A DNA stretch of 64,000 nt, from positions 53,566 to 117,565 of the forward strand of contig JAJPRD010000001.1 in the NCBI GenBank assembly GCA_023700255.1, given 5' to 3'. Below are positions 30,129 to 40,065 of the stretch, piece by piece. A model generated the notes under the pieces. The model did not search any database, was not told the origin of the DNA, and saw nothing but the letters and a program-made list of their open reading frames with translations. The translations under genes and the position numbers were made by a program. Each line of letters starts with the position of its first letter. The first letter of the stretch is position 1. This DNA comes from Candidatus Thalassarchaeaceae archaeon (GTDB lineage Archaea; Thermoplasmatota; Poseidoniia; Poseidoniales; Thalassarchaeaceae).

Positions 30129-31310
30129 ATGGTTGCGGATACATCATGGATGTCTCAGCGTTTTAATGAGTTAAAAAATCAAGGTCTCGATTGGAATCCT
30201 CCAACCCTTGAAACCGCTAATGACGCGAAATGCATTATTGACGGTAAAGAAACTATTATGCTTTCATCAAATAATTATCTAAACCTCACTAATCATAAGA
30301 AAGTTATTGATGCAATGTTATCTGCTACTAAAAAATATGGTGCAGGAAGCGGTTCAGTCCGTGCAATAGCAGGAACAATGGACATTCACCTTGCTGCCGA
30401 GGAAAAAGTCGCAGAATTCAAGAAAGTAGAATCATCATTAATTTACTCGGCAGGATATACGGTAAATGTTGGTCTTATTCCAACATTAGTCCGTGGTGCA
30501 AAAGATGTGATTATCAGTGATGAATTAAATCATGGTTCTATAATTGATGGAGTAAGGTTAACAAAAGCCCGACGTGCAGTTTATGCTCATAATGACATGT
30601 CTCAATTAGAGGCAGTTTTGAAGGAAAACTCGGATGCTGATAGGAAATTAATTATCACTGATGGTGTATTCTCAATGGATGGAGATATAGCACCATTAGA
30701 TGAAGTTACTAAGTTAGCGGAAGAGTATGATTCAATGGTATATGTGGATGACTGCCATGGTGAAGGTGTTCTCGGAGACAAAGGAGCAGGCATTGTGGAT
30801 CATTTCAATTTACAAGGAAAAGTACATTTTGAAGTTGGTTCATTTTCAAAAGCACTTGGAGTTCAAGGTGGAATACTGGCAGGTTCTGAAGAAGTTCGAA
30901 ATCACGCGTTAAATCATTCGCGCTCATGGCTATTGTCTGGGAGTCAACCTCCAGGTGTAGCAGCGGCTCAAAAAGCTGCAATAGAGGTTCTAATGAGCGA
31001 GCCTGAACATCATAATAGGCTTTGGAATAATACTAACTATTTCCGTAAAGAGTTACAATCACTTGGTTTTGACACAGGTGTTTCTGAAACTCCAATAATT
31101 CCAATAATGTGTGGTGAATCTCTTATTGCAAAGCAATTATCTAATGAACTCAGTAAAGTGAATATAATGGCAGGAGCAATTGTATTTCCGATGGTTTCTA
31201 AGGATAAAGCAAGAGTTCGAACCCAGATGTCTGCTGGATTAACTAGAGATAATTTAGATCAAGTATTAAGAGTATTAGAAGAAATAGGCCCTAGACTCGA
31301 TTTAATTTAA
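30129..31310 (+). CDS. PLP-dependent 2-amino-3-ketobutyrate CoA ligase / 8-amino-7-oxononanoate synthase family acyltransferase
   Basis: Class II aminotransferase fold. PLP-Lys region SFSKALG. Substrate-site motif NYLGL-like (NYLNLTNH). The start was moved to the internal ATG at 30129 that aligns with Kbl/BioF N-termini; the ORF track starts at 30045. Confidence 0.75.
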   Translation: MVADTSWMSQRFNELKNQGLDWNPPTLETANDAKCIIDGKETIMLSSNNYLNLTNHKKVIDAMLSATKKYGAGSGSVRAIAGTMDIHLAAEEKVAEFKKVESSLIYSAGYTVNVGLIPTLVRGAKDVIISDELNHGSIIDGVRLTKARRAVYAHNDMSQLEAVLKENSDADRKLIITDGVFSMDGDIAPLDEVTKLAEEYDSMVYVDDCHGEGVLGDKGAGIVDHFNLQGKVHFEVGSFSKALGVQGGILAGSEEVRNHALNHSRSWLLSGSQPPGVAAAQKAAIEVLMSEPEHHNRLWNNTNYFRKELQSLGFDTGVSETPIIPIMCGESLIAKQLSNELSKVNIMAGAIVFPMVSKDKARVRTQMSAGLTRDNLDQVLRVLEEIGPRLDLI

Positions 31311-31320
31311 GGGTGATTAA

Positions 31321-31740
31321 ATGGTTAAATCTTCAACACTTGATGATGACATGATACAATCAATGATGACTCGAATAAATTCTGTTCCAATAACATCTAC
31401 TTTAGAAATGGAAATATTGAGATTAGATAAGGGTGAATGTGAAGCACTTGTACCCCGAAAAGAAATGTGGGATGGTATATACGAGACATTTCATGGAGGT
31501 CTTCTGGCAACAATTGCTGATAGTATAACTTGCTGGTCAATCCTAACCGAAATAGGTTCTGAATCCAATGTTGCTACTACTGATTTTAATATCCGTTTTT
31601 TACGTCCATGTAAGACAGATGTAAGATGCTTGGCTAAAGTCATTAAAATAGGTCGAACCATGGTTCTTGCTGAAGCCCAACTTTTTGATACGGATAATAA
31701 GCTAGTTGCAGTCTCTCAAGTGAACTATATTCGATTATAG
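31321..31740 (+). CDS. PaaI/YbgC-type hotdog-fold thioesterase
   Basis: FHGGLLATIADS hotdog motif. 139 aa. Confidence 0.7.
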   Translation: MVKSSTLDDDMIQSMMTRINSVPITSTLEMEILRLDKGECEALVPRKEMWDGIYETFHGGLLATIADSITCWSILTEIGSESNVATTDFNIRFLRPCKTDVRCLAKVIKIGRTMVLAEAQLFDTDNKLVAVSQVNYIRL

Positions 31741-31746
31741 AATCAG

Positions 31747-32382
31747 TTAATCTAATTCTTCAATTACATTTTCTATTTCTGCATTATTTTTCTCGATAGT
31801 CTTTTCATTTTCATTTTGTGCATGAATTGTTTTCTTCATACCTTCAAATGGGTCTAGATCTCTATCTATTCTTTCTAGCATCCTCCATCTTGGTGCATAG
31901 GATAGTTGAATATACAATGGACCTGGTGATATTATTAGAAAATATCCAATCCATTCTAACTCTTCAGGTGTTGAAAATGTTATCGCAATCATTGTAATTA
32001 ACAATCCAATGAAAGGAATAGGGTAAAGATATCTTCTTCTTTTTTCAAGCCTTACGGGTGGTCTCTTCAATATTGATGACATCATTATTGAAATACCGCC
32101 AAGAATTGCACAGATGAATAAGATTATCAAACTTTTAATAAGCCATAGTTGAAAGATTACTAAAAATCCTTCTGAGTTGAGATAACCATCATAGATACTT
32201 GTTAAAACTAAAATAAAATTAATAATTAAACCATAAATCAAACCTACAAATACTGGATGTGAATATGTTAATGGATATCCTAGGAATAGTTGACTTATCG
32301 AGCCACCTTCTAGCATGAGTTGATGTTCTTCATCAAGTTCACTCAGGCTCTCCCGCCACCTTGACATATTCATCCGGCCCAT
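31747..32382 (-). CDS. integral membrane protein, hypothetical
   Basis: About five hydrophobic helices. No assignable motif. Confidence 0.4.
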   Translation of the reverse strand: MGRMNMSRWRESLSELDEEHQLMLEGGSISQLFLGYPLTYSHPVFVGLIYGLIINFILVLTSIYDGYLNSEGFLVIFQLWLIKSLIILFICAILGGISIMMSSILKRPPVRLEKRRRYLYPIPFIGLLITMIAITFSTPEELEWIGYFLIISPGPLYIQLSYAPRWRMLERIDRDLDPFEGMKKTIHAQNENEKTIEKNNAEIENVIEELD

Positions 32383-32522
32383 GTCCCCCCTCTTTCACTA
32401 TTACGGGTAGTAAAAGTTCGAATAATGTCATTATAGCGTGTTTATCTAGTATTATGATTTCTAATCACAATATCGGAGATATTATGACTTGTTCACATTG
32501 GGGAATGATTTTGTGGTATTAG

Positions 32523-33692
32523 ATGAGTAGTGAAGATGTGTTGTTTACGATTACTAGCAAGAACCTAGATTCCGGATTAAGAGGCGTGCCGGTGGGGACT
32601 TGCCAAACCTCATTTGTAGACCCTTACGAAGGTGTACATTATGTTGGTTATCCAGTGGAAGATTTAGTGAATATGGAAGAAGAGGATGTTATATTCTTGT
32701 TAATGAACAAACGTCTACCCACAGAAGAAGAAGCTCAAGAGTTCCATTCTGAATTGACACAAAGGGGCGAAAATATACCTACTGGAGCACTTAGAGTATT
32801 AGAGTCATTAACTCCAGGAAGTGGCCATCCTATGGACTGGCTTTCAATAGGGATAATGGCACTTGGTGCAGCTGAAAATACAGGAGATACAAAAGCAGAT
32901 GCAATGAATTTAATTGCTAGGATGCCTGAGTTAATGGCGAGAATTTTCCGTCTTAGAGCAGGTGAGAAAGATAAATTAAAACCTCGTAGACCTGGTTTAG
33001 GACTAGTAGAAAATTTTGTTCATATGATGGGTTTTGAGGGTCAAGAGGCAAGAGATATCGAGAGAGTATTACGTTTCTTTTTCATTCTTCATATGGATCA
33101 TGGTGGAGGAAATTTGTCAACTTTCTCAGGGAAAGCAGTGGCATCGGGGTGGGCTTCGATTTATTCATCAATTTCAAGTGCAATGAATGCTCTTTCCGGG
33201 CCTCTTCACGGCCGGGCGAATCAAGCATGCCTTGAATTTGTACAACGAATTGGAACTTCTGATCATAAAGAAATTGAAACTTTTGTTCGTGCTGAATTAG
33301 AAAATCGTCGACCAATATTTGGATTCGGACACGGTGTTTTGAGAGCCGAAGACCCACGCGCTCGTTTACTTATTGAACTCGGTGAAGAGATCTGTCCAGA
33401 TGATGACAATTTCAAGATAGTTAGAGCATTGAGAGAAGTTGTACCTCCAATACTTAGTGAAATACCTAAGATAAGTAATCCTTACCCTAATGTTGACATT
33501 GCTAGCGGTAGTCTTCTTCATTCAGTAGGTTTTACAATGCCTGAATACTATACTACATTCTTTGGTTGGGCACGTGTAGCTGGAATAAGTGCTCAGATAT
33601 TAGATGAGCGAAATTCTAGAGACGGTAGAGGTACACCTATTTATAGACCAAAATATATACCTAAAAACCAGCCTTTACGAAGATTAGATTGA
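32523..33692 (+). CDS. gltA: citrate synthase
   Basis: GFGHGVLRAEDPRA citrate-synthase signature. Catalytic His/Asp context. About 390 aa. Confidence 0.9.
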   Translation: MSSEDVLFTITSKNLDSGLRGVPVGTCQTSFVDPYEGVHYVGYPVEDLVNMEEEDVIFLLMNKRLPTEEEAQEFHSELTQRGENIPTGALRVLESLTPGSGHPMDWLSIGIMALGAAENTGDTKADAMNLIARMPELMARIFRLRAGEKDKLKPRRPGLGLVENFVHMMGFEGQEARDIERVLRFFFILHMDHGGGNLSTFSGKAVASGWASIYSSISSAMNALSGPLHGRANQACLEFVQRIGTSDHKEIETFVRAELENRRPIFGFGHGVLRAEDPRARLLIELGEEICPDDDNFKIVRALREVVPPILSEIPKISNPYPNVDIASGSLLHSVGFTMPEYYTTFFGWARVAGISAQILDERNSRDGRGTPIYRPKYIPKNQPLRRLD

Positions 33693-34829
33693 TCAGGAAA
33701 ATCCACCACGATGGGATTTTCCCGTTCCTCTGTGTCCAATGATTCGTGATGCTTCCCATGGTAAACTAGATTCTGAAGTCTCTTTCAACAAAGTATTCAT
33801 TTCTCTTTCCCATAACCATCTTTCACTCCAGTTACTAATGAATGACTTTCTTTCATTATGAGATAGTTCATGCCATGGTGACACCGTATTCTTTAGTTCA
33901 GATATTTTCGAATAATGCTGATCCACAGGAGTTTCATCTAATTCTTTTCTTAATTCATCGGTCAAAGGTTGTGTTGCAGGTTTTGTCCAGCGCGCTTGTC
34001 CTGTTTCTAGGGTTACTGAATAAGGTGATAAATCATCAGTCAGTCCAGTCAGTCCAGCATCTAGGAGTAACCTTTCTGCATCAGATTTTGACGGCCATAC
34101 ATAAACTGGATATCCTCTTCGATATTTTGTCAATTTTTCTAATTTTTTCCCCTCGAGTCCAACGGTCCAACCCATGCTCACATTACTCTCAAAACCTCTA
34201 AGGTATTGTAATGAACAAGGTAGCATAGGTGATTTTTCTTTTCTCTGCATATCCATTAATTTAGGTAATGAGTTCAATAAAAATGATGGTGCCGCACAAA
34301 TTCGTTGTGTCGTCCAATTACCCCATGATCTAATGTGTGGCCTTAATCTACTAAATTTCAAATCACTATTTACCTTTTTAGAAGCTGATGTTAACTTCGG
34401 TTCGAATGAATAAATTACTGTGCTACTCTCGCTTCGTTCAATTGGATCAAGCAAATATTTTAATTCATTAATCATTTTAATCATATGCTTTTCTTTAGCA
34501 TTACCATCAAACCAACCTCCTGCCTTTCCACTAGAGGGGTGTGGTGCTTTGAGCTCGATACAAGTGAACGCCCCTTCTTCTGTCCATCTACGAATAAAAT
34601 CTTTATTTTTAAGTAAGTCATCAAATAGATCAACATATTCTGGTAACTCTTCGAGAGTCATACATTCAGGGTAATGTCCCGATTCAGTTTTAGAATCATG
34701 ATGAAGTATTAGTCGATTATCTTCACTAAGTCGTAAATCTAGTTCTACTCCATCGCAAGCTTGCATTCCATAAACTAGGGCGTCAACGGTATTTTCTCTT
34801 GGACGGGTCCAATCGTCGTCTCCATCCAT
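33693..34829 (-). CDS. glycerophosphodiester phosphodiesterase (GDPD)-like protein, atypical architecture
   Basis: N-terminal ENTVDALVYGMQACDGVELDLRLSEDNRLILHHD matches the GDPD core but lacks the preceding HRG strand. The protein ends with IIGHRGTGKSHRGG. Confidence 0.55.
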   Translation of the reverse strand: MDGDDDWTRPRENTVDALVYGMQACDGVELDLRLSEDNRLILHHDSKTESGHYPECMTLEELPEYVDLFDDLLKNKDFIRRWTEEGAFTCIELKAPHPSSGKAGGWFDGNAKEKHMIKMINELKYLLDPIERSESSTVIYSFEPKLTSASKKVNSDLKFSRLRPHIRSWGNWTTQRICAAPSFLLNSLPKLMDMQRKEKSPMLPCSLQYLRGFESNVSMGWTVGLEGKKLEKLTKYRRGYPVYVWPSKSDAERLLLDAGLTGLTDDLSPYSVTLETGQARWTKPATQPLTDELRKELDETPVDQHYSKISELKNTVSPWHELSHNERKSFISNWSERWLWEREMNTLLKETSESSLPWEASRIIGHRGTGKSHRGGFS

Positions 34830-34930
34830 ATATATCGGAAATAGGTTCTAATAATTAATTAAGTGTTTTTCAAGACTTATCCGCCCCAACGCTAAAGTGA
34901 GTAAAAGACAACGCGAGGCTAGGTATAACC

Positions 34931-36718
34931 ATGTCAGAGACAATTCAACTTGACCGAAAATCAAACCCGCAAGAAGTAAGGGGATACGCATTATATGATT
35001 GGGCAAAGTCAGCATTTGAGACTTCAGTAACAGTAGCCGTTCTACCAGCTTGGTATGCGTATCTTTTCCTTAAAGCAAATGGATTGACAACTACGATTGG
35101 TTCAATTGAGATGCAGGGCGATGCAATTTGGTCCTTTGCAGTTGCTTTTGGTACATTATTTGTAGCACTTATAAGTCCATCATTAGGTGTAATTGCAGAT
35201 AGAAGAAGAATCAAGATGTGGTGGTTGAGAATTCTCACTTATGTGGGTGCAGGATCAACTTTTCTCTTAGCATTCGCTCCGATGTTACCTATAGATACTC
35301 AATGGGTTTGGTTAATGGTTTTCTTCATGCTAGCAAATGTGGGATTGAATGGTGCGGGTGTATTCTACAATGCTCTTCTTCCACATATTGGTACTGATGA
35401 TGAAATGGATAGGATTTCGAATCTTGCTTTTGCATATGGTTATCTCGGAGGAGGACTATTACTCCTTGTTCACTTAGTTATGGTCTTATCTTTAGATGGA
35501 GATTGGGTAATTCCATTCGTCATGGCATCTTCAGGAATTTGGTGGTACGGTTTTGCTCTGTTCACATTCAAATGGGTACCTGAACCCCCGATTGAAAATG
35601 AGATGGATTCACTCGGTTTTACTGCATCTGCAAAACTAGCTTTTTCTGAAATAAGAAAAACTATTGGTGAGATAGAAAAATTTAGAACCCTTTTCATTTA
35701 CATGCTAGCATACTTTTTCTTTATTGATGGTATAAACAGTGTGACTGCTTTAGGGGGTGTATTTGGTTCTACAGTTCTAGGAATTACAACTGTTGATTTA
35801 ATTGTGACAATTCTTGCTATTCAATTTGTTGCTTGGCCATCTGCACTTATGTTTACTAGGTTGGCAAGTAAAATAGGTACTAAATCTGCACTTAATGTAT
35901 CTCTAGTGGGCTGGGTAGTTCTTTGTTTTGCAGCACTTTCTTTCGCTCCACTCGAATATACTCAACACACCGATTATCAGATTCAGATTGAAGAGGTTGA
36001 TGGGGAGTGGTTCTATACTCCACATGCTAACTTAGGAGAGACACCTATTGCCTTAGTAGAAGGAGGTGATGAACAGTTATGGGCTGAATCTATGTTGCTT
36101 TCTTTGGGAATAGTCCAGCCAGATGCAGATATTACTGATGCCGAAATTTTTGAGTGGGCAGGTTTTGATGATGATGGCAATGTAATTACTATCAGTATGG
36201 GTACTCTGGATTCGGAAACTATAGCATCTTTATCTGATTCATTCGAAGATACAAGATTTTCAATTAGTGCCAAAGACACTTCTACTATGGTGGGATTCGA
36301 ACATCCTACAAGCCTTGGTGATGGTGTTATTGATATTATTCCTGAAACTGTAAGGACTTTAGTTTGGGCTCCATTAGGGCTTACAGTAGGGATTCAATTC
36401 TTAATTTTAGGTTGTTCTATGGGCACTCTTCTTGGTGGTTCTCAAGGATTAGCAAGAAGTATGTTTGGTCAAATGGTACCTGAAACTAGAAGTGCTGAAT
36501 TCTTTGGTTTCTTTGGTTTCTTTGGGAAAGTTGCTGCATTCATAGGGCCATTATTGTATGGATTTATGACTGTGATGTATGATAGTCGAATGGGTCTTCT
36601 ATCAATCGCAATACTGATTTTAATTGGTGCATTAATGATGAGAATGGTTGATTTAGATCAGGGTCGCCTTGACGCTCAAGCTGAAGATGCTCGTAATCGA
36701 GGATTAGATATCGAATAA
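34931..36718 (+). CDS. major facilitator superfamily transporter with a large inserted soluble loop
   Basis: About 12 TM helices. MFS-like loops. A roughly 150-aa hydrophilic insertion in the second half. Internal FGFFGFFG repeat. Confidence 0.65.
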   Translation: MSETIQLDRKSNPQEVRGYALYDWAKSAFETSVTVAVLPAWYAYLFLKANGLTTTIGSIEMQGDAIWSFAVAFGTLFVALISPSLGVIADRRRIKMWWLRILTYVGAGSTFLLAFAPMLPIDTQWVWLMVFFMLANVGLNGAGVFYNALLPHIGTDDEMDRISNLAFAYGYLGGGLLLLVHLVMVLSLDGDWVIPFVMASSGIWWYGFALFTFKWVPEPPIENEMDSLGFTASAKLAFSEIRKTIGEIEKFRTLFIYMLAYFFFIDGINSVTALGGVFGSTVLGITTVDLIVTILAIQFVAWPSALMFTRLASKIGTKSALNVSLVGWVVLCFAALSFAPLEYTQHTDYQIQIEEVDGEWFYTPHANLGETPIALVEGGDEQLWAESMLLSLGIVQPDADITDAEIFEWAGFDDDGNVITISMGTLDSETIASLSDSFEDTRFSISAKDTSTMVGFEHPTSLGDGVIDIIPETVRTLVWAPLGLTVGIQFLILGCSMGTLLGGSQGLARSMFGQMVPETRSAEFFGFFGFFGKVAAFIGPLLYGFMTVMYDSRMGLLSIAILILIGALMMRMVDLDQGRLDAQAEDARNRGLDIE

Positions 36719-36721
36719 TGA

Positions 36722-37516
36722 TTAACGTCGTAATATTTTATCTACTAATAATGCAATTTCTAGTAATAGGATGATTGGTCCTCCAACTAGAAACATTGAG
36801 AGTGGATCAGGTGGAGATAATGCTGCCCCTGATAGAATTGCAATAAACCAAATCATTCCTCTATTCTCAGTAATACTATTTCTACTAATAACTCCATTTC
36901 TCAGTAATAATAATGCGACCAAAGGAGTTTGGAAGCTTACTATTGAACCAAAAAACAGACCAATTATGAATCCTATCCATGATTGTAATTGCCAAGTATT
37001 CGATAATCCTACATTTGCCGCATCATTAGCTAGGAACTCAAGAAGCATAGGTATCAGTATCTTATGAGAATAAAAACCACCAATTATTCCTAGCCCAATT
37101 ATCGATATCAACACTATAATTAATTTAGATAATTTGAAATTATTATTATCAGATTTATTTCTTCTAGCAGTATTAATAATATTTCTTCCGTTCCAAGTCA
37201 AATCCGAAATTATCGCTATAAAAATCAATATTAATCCAATTTGCACGGAAATTCTTAATTTTAGCAGAATAACTTCCATAGGCTGTAATATAATTATTGT
37301 GACTCCACTTGGTAAATAACCATCAGCGTTCAATAACCAATCAATTATATTTTCTGACAAAGGATAACCTAGAACTATTCCTATTAAAAAAACTCCAATA
37401 AATATTGTCAAGCGCCTTTTCAGATAATTAACTAATCCTACGAACTCAGCCATTGGGACCAAGTCCTTTGGACGCTTATCCATGTTGTCGCGTGGGGGTT
37501 CTATTCCTGAATCCAT
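36722..37516 (-). CDS. tatC: twin-arginine translocase subunit TatC
   Basis: Six TM helices. SPPD motif (ALSPPDPLSM). TatC-like N-terminus. Confidence 0.75.
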   Translation of the reverse strand: MDSGIEPPRDNMDKRPKDLVPMAEFVGLVNYLKRRLTIFIGVFLIGIVLGYPLSENIIDWLLNADGYLPSGVTIIILQPMEVILLKLRISVQIGLILIFIAIISDLTWNGRNIINTARRNKSDNNNFKLSKLIIVLISIIGLGIIGGFYSHKILIPMLLEFLANDAANVGLSNTWQLQSWIGFIIGLFFGSIVSFQTPLVALLLLRNGVISRNSITENRGMIWFIAILSGAALSPPDPLSMFLVGGPIILLLEIALLVDKILRR

Positions 37517-37536
37517 CGCTTTGAGGTTTTACAATT

Positions 37537-38652
37537 TTATCTTCTTAGTATGATAGAAAGAATATCTCCATCTTTAAGCCTATGATCTAAACCAACTCTT
37601 TGCCAATCAAACTTTCCACTCGGACCCTTAACTCTTGCATATCTAAATTTTCTTACAAAATCACGATGTAATTTTGCACAAATATCTCTCACAGTAGATG
37701 TATCTTTGATAATCAAAGGTTCAACTAAATCTGCTTCTTGTCCTTGCGGTTTTAGATATATTGACATGAAGTGTAGGTTCTTAAATATGAAATCTTTCAT
37801 GTTATCTATTCCCATACCTGTTTTCGCTGAAACTTTTAAAACAGGCCAATTTTCAGGGATCATTTCCATTGTTCTTTGAATATCATTTTCATTTGCCAGA
37901 TCTATTTTATTAATTACTACAACTGCATTACTGTAAACCCGATTTCCTGCCAGAGTATCTACTATGTGGTCATCTGTCACATTTGTTCTGAGAGTTACTG
38001 TTGCAGAAACGATACCGAAACTTCTGACGATATCTTGTATTTCTTCATGTGTTAAATTTGTTTGCTTAACAGTTGACCTTACTACAATACCACCTCTATT
38101 TGATCTAGTGATGAATACTTGAGGTTCCCTTTGATTTAATCTCATTCCCGATTTCCATAATTCCATGTCTAAAATATCAAAATGTGATTCTTGAAAAGGG
38201 TCTAACACGTAAAGTACCATATCTGATCCTCTTATGACATTGAGAATTTCCCTACCTCTACCTTTACCATCAGAAGCCCCTTTAATTAATCCTGGAAGAT
38301 CTAATATCTGTATTTTTGCTCCTCTATGCTCCATTAAACCAGGTATACATGTAAGTGTAGTAAATGCGAAGTTTCCAATTTCAGATTCAACATCTGTTAG
38401 CTGAGATATAAGGCTTGATTTTCCTACGCTCGGAAAACCAACCAAAGCGACAGATGCATCTCCAGATTTTTTGACTTCGAAACCTGGGCCACCACCACTT
38501 GCTTTTGCATGAGCTTGCGCCTTTTCTTTCCTAGCTCTTAATGCTGCAATCTTCGCTTTTAGTTTGCCTATGTGGGCATTTGTGGCTTTATTTTTCTGAG
38601 TTTTACCTATCTCCTCTTCGAGTAACTTGATTTGTTCCTCGATTGTTGCCAT
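37537..38652 (-). CDS. developmentally regulated GTP-binding protein (DRG/Obg-like GTPase with C-terminal TGS domain)
   Basis: G1 GFPSVGKSS. G3 DLPGLI. A C-terminal TGS-like domain. About 370 aa. Confidence 0.85.
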   Translation of the reverse strand: MATIEEQIKLLEEEIGKTQKNKATNAHIGKLKAKIAALRARKEKAQAHAKASGGGPGFEVKKSGDASVALVGFPSVGKSSLISQLTDVESEIGNFAFTTLTCIPGLMEHRGAKIQILDLPGLIKGASDGKGRGREILNVIRGSDMVLYVLDPFQESHFDILDMELWKSGMRLNQREPQVFITRSNRGGIVVRSTVKQTNLTHEEIQDIVRSFGIVSATVTLRTNVTDDHIVDTLAGNRVYSNAVVVINKIDLANENDIQRTMEMIPENWPVLKVSAKTGMGIDNMKDFIFKNLHFMSIYLKPQGQEADLVEPLIIKDTSTVRDICAKLHRDFVRKFRYARVKGPSGKFDWQRVGLDHRLKDGDILSIILRR

Positions 38653-38771
38653 GTCTAAACCTCTTATCCCGACTTATGAATATGTAGGTGGCCCAGCCCC
38701 CTATTCTTCAATTGAATGCCTAAGCGATAGTTCATTGTCTACTTCTCTTTGGCTATACCTGAGGGGCGGCC

Positions 38772-39458
38772 ATGGCTGATGTAATACTAAATTTAGTAAA
38801 TATGCCAATCTTCAAAAAATTAATGACCATGCCTCTACAAGATTTGTTCAATGAAATTGAAGTTCAAACATTAAGGGGTAAAAGGCCGAAACTTGATACC
38901 CGTTTCCATCGTGATTTCGATGTAGATTTAGAAGGGGATATACTCGAATGGTCTGACAAAAACTCAACTCTTGATTTTTCCAAATCAATAATTCTACAAC
39001 CTGTTTCTAAAGGAGATATTAATGAATTTGGAATATTATTGGCAAAGTGGTCGTCTAAATCCGAATGGAAATGTTGGGATGCTCGCCTATTTCTTTATCT
39101 CGAACCCTCTCTGAATAATCCAATCGAGAGTTCTGATGAGTTTCTTTCTTTTTCAATATGGAATGATTTCGCAATTGCCTTATCTAGAACTGACAAAAAA
39201 AGTTATTCTGAGTCAGTAGTTCTTGATTGGATGGGGAGAAGGGAAGGTTTCGGTGAAACTATGGAACCATCTGAAGATCCAAGAATATTGCCAACTATGG
39301 CTGCGCATAAATCATCTAGTGAGTTATTACATATATTCCTTGATAATCTTCAATCAAAAGATATTAATTTACTCATTGGTCGCGAATATTTAGAACCAAC
39401 CCTTTGGAGTATCAATGGTGTATCTTTAGTAGATTCAATGGAGGACAAATATGAGTGA
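38772..39458 (+). CDS. hypothetical protein, translationally coupled to NMNAT
   Basis: 228-aa acidic ORF. Its stop overlaps the nadM start (ATGAGTGA). Confidence 0.4.
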   Translation: MADVILNLVNMPIFKKLMTMPLQDLFNEIEVQTLRGKRPKLDTRFHRDFDVDLEGDILEWSDKNSTLDFSKSIILQPVSKGDINEFGILLAKWSSKSEWKCWDARLFLYLEPSLNNPIESSDEFLSFSIWNDFAIALSRTDKKSYSESVVLDWMGRREGFGETMEPSEDPRILPTMAAHKSSSELLHIFLDNLQSKDINLLIGREYLEPTLWSINGVSLVDSMEDKYE

Positions 39459-40065
39459 ATTACCTTTATCTCCACCACCTCCTAAATACCCTAATAAATC
39501 TGGTTTTGTTGTTTTAGGGCGATTTCAGCCTTTCCATAAAGGCCATGCTTTAATGATCCAAGAAGCCGAAAAATCCCGTTTAGAAAACCATCCTGGTTTG
39601 AAATTAATAATAGCAATTGGTTCGTCGAACCGCCCTGAAACTCTGAGAAATCCTTGGTCTTCTTCCGAAAGATCAGAAATGATCTCTTGTTGGCTTAAGG
39701 AAGAAGCTGGATTTGACGCGATTATAGTATCAATTCCCGATATAGAAGACCCTCCTAACTGGGTTAATCATGCAGAAAAATATCATGGTAGCGCGGGTGT
39801 ATTTTTTAGTAGTGATCAATATTCCTGTGATTTGTATAGTGATTCGAATTGGACCGTAATTCATACACCATTAATTCAAAGAGATAATTTTGAGGGCTGG
39901 AGAGTTCGTGAAACAGCTAGGATGCTTTCTACAATCCTTGATAAAAAGGCTATTGATACTGTATTAGGTGTTTCTACTCCAAAATCTGTAATCGATTACT
40001 TATTTTCAAATGATTATCTTAAGAGACTCGCCTTCCTAGGTGAAGGTGGGGAACCAGTTGGTTAG
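39451..40065 (+). CDS. nadM: nicotinamide-nucleotide adenylyltransferase (archaeal NMNAT)
   Basis: VLGRFQPFHKGH (HxGH nucleotidyltransferase motif) and overall similarity to archaeal NMNAT, for example IAIGSSNRPETLRNPWSSSER. Confidence 0.75.
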   Translation: MSELPLSPPPPKYPNKSGFVVLGRFQPFHKGHALMIQEAEKSRLENHPGLKLIIAIGSSNRPETLRNPWSSSERSEMISCWLKEEAGFDAIIVSIPDIEDPPNWVNHAEKYHGSAGVFFSSDQYSCDLYSDSNWTVIHTPLIQRDNFEGWRVRETARMLSTILDKKAIDTVLGVSTPKSVIDYLFSNDYLKRLAFLGEGGEPVG

